Shown here: in pieces, positions 24,495 through 32,783 of the stretch
How positions within the stretch are numbered: the first letter of the stretch is position 1
How the letters are laid out: each line of letters opens with the position of its first letter
Virus record (IMG/VR): IMGVR_UViG_3300046490_000035
Span: 1 to 49,166 of that record
From: a virus
Lineage: Duplodnaviria > Caudoviricetes
Direction: 5' to 3' (one strand)
DNA: 49,166 nucleotides
Program-made: the position numbers and the translations under genes
The notes under the pieces: generated by a model
The model's input: the letters and a program-made list of their open reading frames with translations, nothing else
Told to the model about the DNA's origin: nothing
The model's database searches: none

Positions 24495-25579
24495 TTCTCC
24501 TCCAGATCGAAGACACAGTCCTTCGGGCTCTTGTCGTCGCGCAGGCCGTCCCAGCGCGGGTGGCGGAAGAAGCCCGTGGGCTCCCGTCCGTTGTGCTTGA
24601 TCCTGAGAACCTTCCCCAGGTACTTCTTCGGGTGGGCGGTGATGTCCGCGCGGGTGGCGTCGTCCATCCCCGATACCCCTCGCCCAGGTTTGCTCACCTG
24701 CAAGGTGTACCCACCGTGCTCGTTGTACTTCCACTGGCTGATGGACACCGCCCCCACCATGCCGGCGAACTTGGTCTTGGACACCACGCCCGACTTCTTC
24801 TTGCTCTCCTCCTTGGCCATCTCGAAGCCGGTGATCACCACGTCCGCCGTCCACTCGCGCTTCACCTTGACCCACGCCTGACGATCTCCGTACACGGCGT
24901 TGACGTTCTTGAGGATGATTCCCTCCCCTCCGTGAGCCGTCACGTTGTGGTAGAAGGCGCGCTTCAAGTGCGCAACGCTCTCGGATAGGGCCACGAAGGG
25001 GTTGCCCCACGCCTTCACAGCGTCGCGCGCCCACAACCTGCGAGCCTCTTGCGGCATCTGGCGGAGGTCCCGCCCCTCGAAGAAGAGGCAGTCGAACACG
25101 ACGTAGCGCAGCCAACCGCGCTCGATCTGCTTGCGGATCGCCTCCTCGGGGTCGGAGCCCATGATGGAGGTGACGTACTTGGAACGCCCCTCGTTGAACT
25201 GGAGGGGCTTCTTGCTCACGTCCACGCAGTCAACGATCATCTCCCCGTCGAGCACGGTGCCTTCGAGGGACGACGGCACCGACACGGGCAGCTCCCCCGC
25301 AGCTCCTTGGTGGATGGCCCTCACTGGGATGAAGCGGCCCTCGTCATTGCAGCACATGGTGCCGGAGAGGTGGGGCACATTCGTCGTCTTCTCGACGAAG
25401 AAGCCATCCTTCACGGACTTGCGCCGGCCGGTGAAGCGCACGGTCCCTCCGCAGAACTGCGCGATCCTTCTGTCTCCGTCGTACTTCTCCTCCGCCACCC
25501 ACACCGGGTCGTCCCACAGCTCCTCGCGCAAGGTGCCGCGAGCAACGGCCGGCTCGATCTGCTGAAATTTCCAGGCCAT
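24491..25579 (-). CDS. ATP-dependent DNA ligase
   Basis: EEKYDG.R motif I, VLDGE, VFDCL, EGIILK, W.KVK, C-terminal OB fold R.PR...R.DK. Confidence 0.92.
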   Translation of the reverse strand: MAWKFQQIEPAVARGTLREELWDDPVWVAEEKYDGDRRIAQFCGGTVRFTGRRKSVKDGFFVEKTTNVPHLSGTMCCNDEGRFIPVRAIHQGAAGELPVSVPSSLEGTVLDGEMIVDCVDVSKKPLQFNEGRSKYVTSIMGSDPEEAIRKQIERGWLRYVVFDCLFFEGRDLRQMPQEARRLWARDAVKAWGNPFVALSESVAHLKRAFYHNVTAHGGEGIILKNVNAVYGDRQAWVKVKREWTADVVITGFEMAKEESKKKSGVVSKTKFAGMVGAVSISQWKYNEHGGYTLQVSKPGRGVSGMDDATRADITAHPKKYLGKVLRIKHNGREPTGFFRHPRWDGLRDDKSPKDCVFDLEEK

Positions 25580-25827
25580 CAGCGCTCCTCCCTCACACAA
25601 TGCACAACGGAGTCCCCGCCCTGCCGTGTCTTCCGCAGCTCGGCGATGCGGGCCTTGGCCTCCTCGGGCGGGAGGCCCTGCTCCACCACCTTCGACTCCC
25701 GTCGCTCGAAGTCGTACTGCACCAGCTCGAACGTGCGGGAGTCCAGGACGGCCGGAGGCTGCGCGAACACCTCCTTCTGATGGGGGAACAGCAGCTTCTT
25801 CCACTTCGACTCGGGATCGTTCTTCAT
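25579..25827 (-). CDS. Hypothetical protein
   Basis: 82-aa ORF abutting primase stop and ligase start (TGATG). Confidence 0.65.
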   Translation of the reverse strand: MKNDPESKWKKLLFPHQKEVFAQPPAVLDSRTFELVQYDFERRESKVVEQGLPPEEAKARIAELRKTRQGGDSVVHCVREER

Positions 25828-27882
25828 TTAGAATTTCCCTTCCACGCAATATGACTCGTAGTGTTGAACAGCGTCCTTCATGGTCAGTGTGGAGATCGCT
25901 TTCGGAATCCACTGCTTGTCGTGACGAACGATGTAGAGCTTGGTGATGCCGGCCTTGGTCCTGACGCTCGGGAGCGCCGTGAACCCGGCCTTTTTCAGCT
26001 CCCTCCCCATCCCCACCAGCGACGCGCGGGAGGAGCCGGTCGGGTCGTACGCCCTAAGCAGCGAGGTCATCGGGAGGAGGTCGCACTCCTCCGCCACCCG
26101 AGGACCAAGCGGCATGAGCATCTGGGCGGGGTCGTGGCGGAGCTGGCTGCACCAGATGCCCAGGTCCGACCGAGCAAGGCTGATCATCTCGTCCTTCGCC
26201 GAAGTCATCGGGGCCTTCTCCCTGGGGTTGAACCCCTTGACGGACAGGCGGAGGAGGTGGTCGAAGAGGAACTGGGGACCCACGCCCTTGAGCCACTTGT
26301 CGTAGATCTCGTACTTGGTTCTCTCCGCCGCACCTCCCACCACCTCGTGGACGAACGTTCGCCTGTCCTGGTCCTCCAGCGCGTAAGAGTCGGGGTGGTT
26401 GGACGCCGCGTAGTAATTCGCGTGGTCCCGCACCACGTACTCGGGCATGTACTTCTCGTTGATCCGGGCGTCCTTTTGGGTGGTGAGACCCTTGAACCAG
26501 TCCATGTCGATCTGCTTGGCCTTCTTGTCACCTCCCGTGATCTCGTCGCAGTAGATGAATTGCTTCTTCGAGAGCCAGCCGTTGAAGCCGCCTTGCAGGT
26601 CCTTGTTCTTGATCTCGATGGCGTTCCTGCCGTAGATGGGCATGAGCGAGTACGCCACCAGCGTCTTGCCCGTACCTCCCGAGAGGCCCCACAGGAGCAC
26701 GTTGGTGTAGAGCTTTTCCCCAGGGAACTGAAGCGGATAGGCGCACCACTTCTCGAACCATTCACGCTCAGTGGGGTGGCTGCGGAAGAGGAAGTCGAGG
26801 AGCCACGTCCAGGGTCCCACGTCCCCTTTCTTTGGCTCGCAGCCCCAGCCCGGCCAGGTGTTCAGCTCCCCGTCCTCATACTCCCCTTTGCCCGGCTCGT
26901 AGGCCATGCGCCTGAGAGAGAACCGGTGCTCCCACCCCATCCACTTCGGGGCGAGGGGCTTCTTCTTCATGACCGTGGCCGTGGACTCTCCCTTCTTCAC
27001 CTGCTCGTGGGCCTGGTAGTAGCGGTTGCAGTGGGTGTGCCCTGTGAAGTCCTTGGGTCGGATCAACTGCCCCGTGTCACGGCGGACCAGGATGCCCGGC
27101 TCCTCGACGTACACCACCTCCTCGTTCATCCCCCAAAGAGCCACAGCCTCTGGGAAGGATGGAGCATCTCGTACGATCTCATCAAGAGCTTGCCTTCCGT
27201 TCTTGACCAGAAAATCGTCCAGCCCTTGCTTCGCGCCATCGACGCCAGCAGGTAGGGAAGCAATCGCCGGGACTGCTCCACGGGCTGTGAGTTCCTCCGC
27301 GAGCCGGCACTGCGCCCGGACGATGTTGGGGTTGGTCGCTGCGTCTGAATCGAAAACAATGACCACAGATCTACCCTCCCACTTGAACTCCGCCAGAGCT
27401 GGGAGAATGTCGATGAGGCGCTTGGTGGCGCGCCACACATCCACACCGCCCAGACCGATGGTTGGAAGCCCAGCGCAAGTAGCCGCTGCGGACTTGAGTT
27501 CCCCCTCGGTAAAGAACACGGCAACATTGGGATCCTCCGCGACGTCCCGCCACGATATCTTGTGGAGGGGGGGAAGGTAGACTTCGTTGATTGTGTTCGC
27601 CTTCTGTACGTAGCGCTGGGGCTTCTCGACGAGGGCGGCGAACCCGGGGAGAGGGGCGAGGTACCGCACCCGAAAGAACTGGGTCTTGCACCCGTCCAGA
27701 TCGAAGTAGGGGATGTGGAGAGAGGTGACGGCATGGAAGTTTGGGCCCAACCTTCCAGTCTCGTTCCCTGTCAGCTCCTTGAGCTGCAACCTCTCCGCTG
27801 CCTTGACCGACAGCCCCGACGCCTCCCACTTCGCTCGCGCCAGCGATCCAGGCAGTACCCGGGCCTCTGCGCTATTTTGCAC
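25828..27882 (-). CDS. Primase-helicase (DUF3854-type Toprim + DUF5906-type NTPase)
   Basis: FTEGELK...GLGGV..W, IVFDSD Toprim; GGTGKT Walker A; YCDE Walker B; INEKY; DRR. Confidence 0.88.
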   Translation of the reverse strand: MQNSAEARVLPGSLARAKWEASGLSVKAAERLQLKELTGNETGRLGPNFHAVTSLHIPYFDLDGCKTQFFRVRYLAPLPGFAALVEKPQRYVQKANTINEVYLPPLHKISWRDVAEDPNVAVFFTEGELKSAAATCAGLPTIGLGGVDVWRATKRLIDILPALAEFKWEGRSVVIVFDSDAATNPNIVRAQCRLAEELTARGAVPAIASLPAGVDGAKQGLDDFLVKNGRQALDEIVRDAPSFPEAVALWGMNEEVVYVEEPGILVRRDTGQLIRPKDFTGHTHCNRYYQAHEQVKKGESTATVMKKKPLAPKWMGWEHRFSLRRMAYEPGKGEYEDGELNTWPGWGCEPKKGDVGPWTWLLDFLFRSHPTEREWFEKWCAYPLQFPGEKLYTNVLLWGLSGGTGKTLVAYSLMPIYGRNAIEIKNKDLQGGFNGWLSKKQFIYCDEITGGDKKAKQIDMDWFKGLTTQKDARINEKYMPEYVVRDHANYYAASNHPDSYALEDQDRRTFVHEVVGGAAERTKYEIYDKWLKGVGPQFLFDHLLRLSVKGFNPREKAPMTSAKDEMISLARSDLGIWCSQLRHDPAQMLMPLGPRVAEECDLLPMTSLLRAYDPTGSSRASLVGMGRELKKAGFTALPSVRTKAGITKLYIVRHDKQWIPKAISTLTMKDAVQHYESYCVEGKF

Positions 27883-28153
27883 GGGGGCGCCCCCTGACGA
27901 CCGAGTTGCTCGCCAGCACCGCGAATACCTGGCTCTTGGGCATGCTCTCCATCTCTGCCAGGCCCACCGCCACAGCCACTCGCAGCACGTTCTGTGGGGT
28001 GAGGGCTTTGGACCGCTCATTGAGTTGGTCCGCTCGCAATGCGGAGATGCAGTCTCGCACGTCCGCTGCGTGGGCCTCAACCAACATCTCCAGCGCAGCC
28101 TTCAATTCCACTGCCAGTTCAACTGGCAGCCGCACCTGCATCAGGACTTGCAT
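27872..28153 (-). CDS. Putative ribbon-helix-helix DNA-binding protein
   Basis: QVRLPVELAVEL...LTPQNVLRVAVAVGL pattern; C-terminal RGRPR AT-hook-like motif; upstream of primase. Confidence 0.5.
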   Translation of the reverse strand: MQVLMQVRLPVELAVELKAALEMLVEAHAADVRDCISALRADQLNERSKALTPQNVLRVAVAVGLAEMESMPKSQVFAVLASNSVVRGRPRAK

Positions 28154-28216
28154 TTTGGGAGTTCCTTTCGAGCGCCATCCTACTGGGTCGGCGCCCAAAA
28201 AGTAAATGCTTTTGAA

Positions 28217-28606
28217 TTACTCAGTCATCCCGCGCACGTCGTCGCCCTTCTGCTCGGCGCAGCGCTCCCGCCGAGTCAGGTCAGCCTCCCCGAGAACCTC
28301 CAGGACGGAGTAGTTGGAGCAACCCATCTCGGTCCGCTCGTAGCAGACCAACTCGCGACGCGCCGTCACCAGGGCTCCACACAGCGTCGCCTCCCGGGCC
28401 CGTGCCGCGGTCAGCGCGGACTCGGCCTTATTTGCTCGGTCAGCGTTCTCGCTGTTGAGTTCCTCCCACTCGTCCCTCTCCAGGGTGAGCCGATCCACCC
28501 ACGCCTCCAGCTCCAAGACCCTCACGCCACGAATTCTGATTGCCTCCTGGAGTAGGCAGATGTCCGCTTTCAACTCCCCTACGCTCTCACTTGGCTTCGA
28601 GTTCAC
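28217..28606 (-). CDS. Hypothetical coiled-coil protein
   Basis: Heptad-like Glu/Leu/Arg pattern; GTGA coupling. Confidence 0.6.
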   Translation of the reverse strand: MNSKPSESVGELKADICLLQEAIRIRGVRVLELEAWVDRLTLERDEWEELNSENADRANKAESALTAARAREATLCGALVTARRELVCYERTEMGCSNYSVLEVLGEADLTRRERCAEQKGDDVRGMTE

Positions 28607-28842
28607 GTCACTTCTCCTTCCAGCTCCTCGTCACAGGAACAGCAGGTCGGGCAAACACCGCAAGCCTCCAAGCAGTCCACCGCCACACCGCACTCCCCGC
28701 AGTGCTCGCACGAGCAGCACACCTCGCACATGTTGCAGTTGGGGCACAAGCTGTCTTCCAGTGGGTGCTTCTCTTCGCACCCACTGCACTTCCAGCACTC
28801 GCAGTCGTCGGGGATGCAGCCGCACACCTCGCAGATTTTCAT
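28603..28842 (-). CDS. Cys-rich metallothionein-like protein (79 aa, 21 Cys)
   Basis: RBS GAGGTG; MKICEVCGC...CCSC...CCSCDEELEGEVT; coupled to the next gene. Confidence 0.7.
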   Translation of the reverse strand: MKICEVCGCIPDDCECWKCSGCEEKHPLEDSLCPNCNMCEVCCSCEHCGECGVAVDCLEACGVCPTCCSCDEELEGEVT

Positions 28843-28856
28843 CACTTCACCTCTCC

Positions 28857-29450
28857 TCATGTGAGCCCCCGGGCCTTCGTCCAGATCAGATCCCGCACAG
28901 TCTCCCACGGAATCTGTGACCGCACCAGATCCGCGCACTGTCGCAGCGTGGTTTTCCTAGCGGCGTCGGCGGCGGCGTCGGCGGCGTAGGCGGCGGCGGC
29001 GTCGGCGGCGGCGTCGGCGGCGTCGGCGGCGTAGGCGGCGTAGGCGGCGGCGGCGTCGGCGGCGGCGTCGGCGGCGTCGGCGGCGTAGGCGGCGTAGGCG
29101 GCGTAGGCGGCGTAGGCGTTGGCGTAGGCGGCGTCGGCGGTGAGACGCACCCGCGCCAAGGTCATGCCGGGCTCTCCGCGCGCCCAAGCCTCAGCGGTCT
29201 CGATGGCATCCAACGGCCGGCCCTCACTGGCCGGCACGTGCCGCAGCGCCAGGCGCGCACACGCACACGCGGCCAGCACCAGATCCTGGCGCCGAATCCC
29301 GGCCTTGGCCGACAGCCACAGGAGCCAGTCGCCGCGGTCGCTGTCGCGCCAGAACTTTTCCGGCGTCGTACACGCCTCGACCGCGCGCGTACCCTCGCCA
29401 CACGCGCCGTGCTCGCGGAGCCACACCAAAAAACTCGCCTGATCGTGCAT
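28857..29450 (-). CDS. Imm5-like helical protein with Ala-Asp/Tyr-Ala repeat tract
   Basis: GAC.EG, R.DWLLWL, ACACARLAL, RP..AIE.AEAWARGE, then (AAD/AAY)n; RBS AAGGGG before ATG 29450. Confidence 0.65.
   Translation of the reverse strand: MHDQASFLVWLREHGACGEGTRAVEACTTPEKFWRDSDRGDWLLWLSAKAGIRRQDLVLAACACARLALRHVPASEGRPLDAIETAEAWARGEPGMTLARVRLTADAAYANAYAAYAAYAAYAADAADAAADAAAAYAAYAADAADAAADAAAAYAADAAADAARKTTLRQCADLVRSQIPWETVRDLIWTKARGLT
28960..29139. repeat. Coding tandem repeat of 9/12-bp units (GGCGGCGTC / GGCGGCGTA)
   Basis: Directly visible; encodes AAD/AAY repeats on the minus strand. Confidence 0.9.
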
Positions 29451-29679
29451 GGTGATCCCCTTGCTGAGAGTGGACGCTTGGGTGGGCTTGGTCCCGTTCA
29501 TTGTGTTCTCCTTAGGTTGTACTCGCGAAGCCCTCGGATCTGTTCCGAAGGTTTAGCGGGTGGGGGACGCGGCTGGTCCCCTCCCTGGTTGTTGGCTAGT
29601 TGTGCATATCGTCCTCCCACAGATTGGACGCAGCACACGCCTTTCGGCGCCCTGCCCAGAGCCCCCGGGGCCGGGGGAA

Positions 29680-29721
29680 TGCGGGAGCCGGACTCGAACC
29701 GGCTCAAGCCACCTGGCCCGC
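29680..29721 (-). ncRNA. tRNA-like minihelix (T-arm + short acceptor-like stem), not a full tRNA
   Basis: Minus strand GCGGG...GCCGG-TTCGAGT-CCGGC-TCCCGCA; no D or anticodon arm. Confidence 0.4.
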
Positions 29722-29729
29722 TGGTGCTG

Positions 29730-30371
29730 CTACGCAGCCTTCTGCTCGTCGAGGAAGCCCTTCGCCCGGTTGAAGGCCCAGCCGAACTGACGGACGAGGT
29801 CGGTGGGCTTCACGATCAAGCCCTTCGACTTCTGCTCGGCGTACCACGCCTTCGCCTCGGCCGCGTGGTTGTCGTCGCCTCCCTTGACGGGCTCGCTCTT
29901 GGGGGCGGGCTCCGGCTCGATGGCCTCGACCTTCGACTCCTCCCCCTTCACCACCTTGACGGCCTTCGCCTTCTTGTCAGGAGGGGCCTTGGGCTTCGCA
30001 GCCTCCTTCTTGTTGGAGAGGGTGGACTTCGGGGCCTTCTCGACCTTGGCCGGCTTCGACTCCTTGGCGGGCTTCGCCGCCTTGGCTGGCTTCTCCTTCT
30101 TGGGCTTGGGCTCCTTCTTCTCGGGGGCCTTCACCAGCTCGGGAAAGCGGTTGGTGCGCGTCTCGAACGACGGGGGCGTCTTGATTTCCCCAGCCTTGAA
30201 CCGACGCGCCTGCTCGGCCTTCTCCGTGCCCTTGTCGAGGGCCTGCGTCCGCTTCGCCCCCACCAGCGTCAGCGCGCCGAACGCCTCGTCGAACGTCTCC
30301 AGCTCCTTGCGCTCCTGGTACTCCTCCACGTACTTCTTGAACTCCGGCCCCACCTCAACGTTGATCTTCAT
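29730..30371 (-). CDS. Basic DNA-binding protein: RHH-like N-terminus, Lys/Ala/Pro-rich H1-like linker, FtsK-gamma-like winged helix
   Basis: MKINVEVGPEFKKYV; KPAKAAKPAK repeats; C-terminal LVRQFGWAFNRAKGFLDE. Confidence 0.6.
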   Translation of the reverse strand: MKINVEVGPEFKKYVEEYQERKELETFDEAFGALTLVGAKRTQALDKGTEKAEQARRFKAGEIKTPPSFETRTNRFPELVKAPEKKEPKPKKEKPAKAAKPAKESKPAKVEKAPKSTLSNKKEAAKPKAPPDKKAKAVKVVKGEESKVEAIEPEPAPKSEPVKGGDDNHAAEAKAWYAEQKSKGLIVKPTDLVRQFGWAFNRAKGFLDEQKAA

Positions 30372-30372
30372 G

Positions 30373-30582
30373 TTAGATTCCTTCCGTGAGTTTTGACACC
30401 GTTGTGTCGAGCGCCTTGGCAAGGTCCAGCATGACCTGATACGACGGCGCCCGAGTACCTCGCTCCAGCAGGCTCACGTACATCGCGGTGAGCCCAACCA
30501 TCCCAGCCAGCGCGTTCTGTGACAGCTGCTTCTCGGTCCGCGCCTCGCGCAACCGCGACCCGAACTGGCACGGCTCCTTCAT
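30373..30582 (-). CDS. XRE/Cro-family HTH transcriptional regulator
   Basis: FGSRLREAR..KQLSQ..LA..VGLT..YVS.LERG.R.PS......LAKAL; RBS GGAG. Confidence 0.9.
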   Translation of the reverse strand: MKEPCQFGSRLREARTEKQLSQNALAGMVGLTAMYVSLLERGTRAPSYQVMLDLAKALDTTVSKLTEGI

Positions 30583-30593
30583 GTGGTCTCCCT

Positions 30594-30845
30594 TCACCTG
30601 CTGTAAAGACTCCGCATTTCCTCCCGCCACTCTGGCGATTGGTTGGTGAACGATTTCACCTCTCCGGGTGGGTGCTCCGCGTTCTCCACCGCCTGGTTGA
30701 TCGCCTTGCGCAGTCCCTCGTACACGTCGAAGTTGGGAAGGAGAAAGGCCCAGTAGCGATCGGCCGGCTGGTCTTCCTCCTTCGGAGCCATCCACTTGCC
30801 TTTCGCGGAGAACTTGGGTGTGCAAAGCCCCTTCATTTTTGCCAT
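30594..30845 (-). CDS. Hypothetical protein
   Basis: Part of the tightly packed early gene array. Confidence 0.55.
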   Translation of the reverse strand: MAKMKGLCTPKFSAKGKWMAPKEEDQPADRYWAFLLPNFDVYEGLRKAINQAVENAEHPPGEVKSFTNQSPEWREEMRSLYSR

Positions 30846-30891
30846 GGCGCTCTCTGTTCTACTACACCTGGGCCTAGCACCGCAAGCCGGG

Positions 30892-31107
30892 CTAGTAGTC
30901 CTCCGGGCGGAAGCCCAGAAGTTCTCGGATGTCGGCTTCGATCTCACAGATGCGCTTGTTCACCGCGTCGAAATTCACCGTCGCTTTGGACAGGTCACGT
31001 TCTGCGTCCGCGCGCTCGGGCATCAACGCGGCTCGCTCCTTCGTCAGCTCCACCATGCGGTCCGCCTCCAGCACCTCATCCTCGTGGGTTTTCTTTTTCC
31101 TGGTCAT
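30892..31107 (-). CDS. Hypothetical coiled-coil protein
   Basis: ATGA coupling with the upstream gene; RBS. Confidence 0.55.
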   Translation of the reverse strand: MTRKKKTHEDEVLEADRMVELTKERAALMPERADAERDLSKATVNFDAVNKRICEIEADIRELLGFRPEDY

Positions 31108-31331
31108 CTCCAGCTCCTTGGGCGCTCTTGCGAGAACAAGAGCAGCGTGCCGGGGGAATACGGGGCCTCGCTCCATTCCCCCATCCACTCCACGAGCTGG
31201 AGGAGGTTGTCGTTGGGGACCTCACCCGAGGTGTAGCGGTCGAATTCCTGGAGGTTCTCGACCAGGACGGCGCGGTCGAGACAGGCCGTCAACGCCTCGG
31301 GCGCAGTACCTCTCACCAGAATCTTGATCAC
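31104..31331 (-). CDS. Hypothetical protein
   Basis: RBS AAGGAG; acidic. Confidence 0.55.
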   Translation of the reverse strand: MIKILVRGTAPEALTACLDRAVLVENLQEFDRYTSGEVPNDNLLQLVEWMGEWSEAPYSPGTLLLFSQERPRSWR

Positions 31332-31426
31332 GTCTCACTCCTTGGCAGGAAGTAATGGTGCTAGATCCGCAGTGGCGTCCATGAAAGCACCCGCCACCTT
31401 GGCGGTGAATTCTCGGTCGTTCATGG

Positions 31427-31618
31427 TCACCGTCCGCAAAGTCGCTTGAACTCCGTGCCGTTTAGTGCTGGGTCCTCCTCCTTCAATTGCAGCATCACGT
31501 ACTCGACGCACGCCTCCCACTGCCTTTGCCTCGCCGGCAGGTTACGGATTCTCCCGTAGGGCTTGGCCAGATACAGCCCGTGCGCCACTGTTCGAATGGT
31601 CTTGGGGTCCACGCTCAC
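31427..31618 (-). CDS. Hypothetical protein
   Basis: GTGA coupling, RBS GAGGAG; ends ..FKRLCG as in many small phage proteins. Confidence 0.55.
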   Translation of the reverse strand: MSVDPKTIRTVAHGLYLAKPYGRIRNLPARQRQWEACVEYVMLQLKEEDPALNGTEFKRLCGR

Positions 31619-32166
31619 GTCTCCTCCTCTCCGATGAACTCCCGCGCCCACGCCAGCGCTTCCTCTGACAACTCCTCTTTCACCCACTTGGTGCCGTAGC
31701 GGTAGCCGCATGTGGGGCACGGCTCGCACATGAGTCCCTCAGGGTGCTCGTCGCGGCGGGCCCACGTCCGCATGTTCCACGAGTGTGTCTTACGGCCCTG
31801 GATCGTGGTCCACTCCACGTAGGAGCTGGTGGGCTTGTCGGGGAGCAACGGCAGCTCCTCCCACTTCTCAGCACGCTGGTGCTCGCACCCCGCGTGCATA
31901 TCGTTCCGGTGCCAGCGCCCCCAGATTTCCAGCAGCTTCCCCACGTCCAGGGTGGGAGAGCCGACCCACTTCGCGTTCTTGAGGGTGCTATTGATCTGCC
32001 CGCCCGAGTCACAGTCCCATGCGCCCTTCCGCCAGATCATCCCAGAAATCGACAAGCGCCGCTGAGTGTCGCGCTCTCCCCACTTCTCCCCCAGGTGCAC
32101 CTTGATTTTCACCTCGGCCGGACGGGGGCGCCACTCGATTGTGCCGATCGTCTTTTCACGGTTCAT
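31615..32166 (-). CDS. Conserved phage protein (W.RWH.NDM.AGC..Q ... CGYRYG..W)
   Basis: Recognisable motif family of unknown function; RBS AAGGAG. Confidence 0.65.
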   Translation of the reverse strand: MNREKTIGTIEWRPRPAEVKIKVHLGEKWGERDTQRRLSISGMIWRKGAWDCDSGGQINSTLKNAKWVGSPTLDVGKLLEIWGRWHRNDMHAGCEHQRAEKWEELPLLPDKPTSSYVEWTTIQGRKTHSWNMRTWARRDEHPEGLMCEPCPTCGYRYGTKWVKEELSEEALAWAREFIGEEET

Positions 32167-32167
32167 G

Positions 32168-32584
32168 TTACGGCTCCTTCTCACAGTCGCAGCAGTCCCG
32201 CCACAGCACCGGCTGAGCCTGGCTCCCCACATTGCGCCGTCCGGTCTCCTCATGGGACACCTCGAAGCTCTCGGCTCCCTTGTAGGTGGCTTGGCACGTC
32301 CGCACCTCGGCCTTGGGGTCCCTCCAGAAGAGGCGAGACAGGAACATCTTGTGTCCGTGCCAGCACACCGCGCCGTTGCTCCAGTGCGCGGGGTTGCCTG
32401 GGCGCCGGGCCCGGTACTTATTGGTGAGGTGCCCCCTGTACTTCTGCGCGGGGAATGCCATGCGCAGCGTGAAGTTGACCCAGGCCCGCTTGGCTCCTCC
32501 CTGACTCAGATCGTTGAGCCGGAACCACAGATCCCCCGCCAGACTTTCGAGGTCGTTCACTGTCAGCGTGGTGAAGATTTTCAC
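32168..32584 (-). CDS. Hypothetical phage protein (A.CWHGH..F; C-terminal CCDC)
   Basis: RBS AGGT; packed ORF. Confidence 0.6.
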   Translation of the reverse strand: MKIFTTLTVNDLESLAGDLWFRLNDLSQGGAKRAWVNFTLRMAFPAQKYRGHLTNKYRARRPGNPAHWSNGAVCWHGHKMFLSRLFWRDPKAEVRTCQATYKGAESFEVSHEETGRRNVGSQAQPVLWRDCCDCEKEP

Positions 32585-32587
32585 GTC

Positions 32588-32779
32588 TTACCTACCTTTC
32601 GGTAAAGCGATCGCGTGGGTGAGAGCCTGTGAGAGCCGCTTGGCGTCCTCTCGGGTCAAGGCCCACACCTCGTTCCCGAGCTGCATCACGACGTATCCGG
32701 TCAGTTCAGAATCGCTCACCACCGCCCTAGCGCCGCACTGCAAGATGCAGTCCAGCGAGGCCCCTTCGTGTTTGGGCAT
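32588..32779 (-). CDS. Hypothetical protein (starts MPKHEG)
   Basis: RBS GGAGG; begins within a 22-bp repeat. Confidence 0.55.
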   Translation of the reverse strand: MPKHEGASLDCILQCGARAVVSDSELTGYVVMQLGNEVWALTREDAKRLSQALTHAIALPKGR

Positions 32780-32783
32780 GGCT
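32762..32783. repeat. 22-bp direct repeat, copy 1 (copy 2 at 34178..34199)
   Basis: CCCTTCGTGTTTGGGCATGGCT is identical at both sites. Confidence 0.85.

Noticed and set aside
28960-29139. CRISPR array or Arg-rich protamine-like ORF (28957..29187)
   Set aside because: It is a spacer-less 9/12-bp coding repeat; the poly-Arg ORF is an alternative frame of the Ala-rich gene.
29680-29721. Canonical tRNA gene or attP site
   Set aside because: Only a T-arm and short acceptor-like stem are present, with no D or anticodon arm, and no integrase is encoded; kept only as a tRNA-like element.
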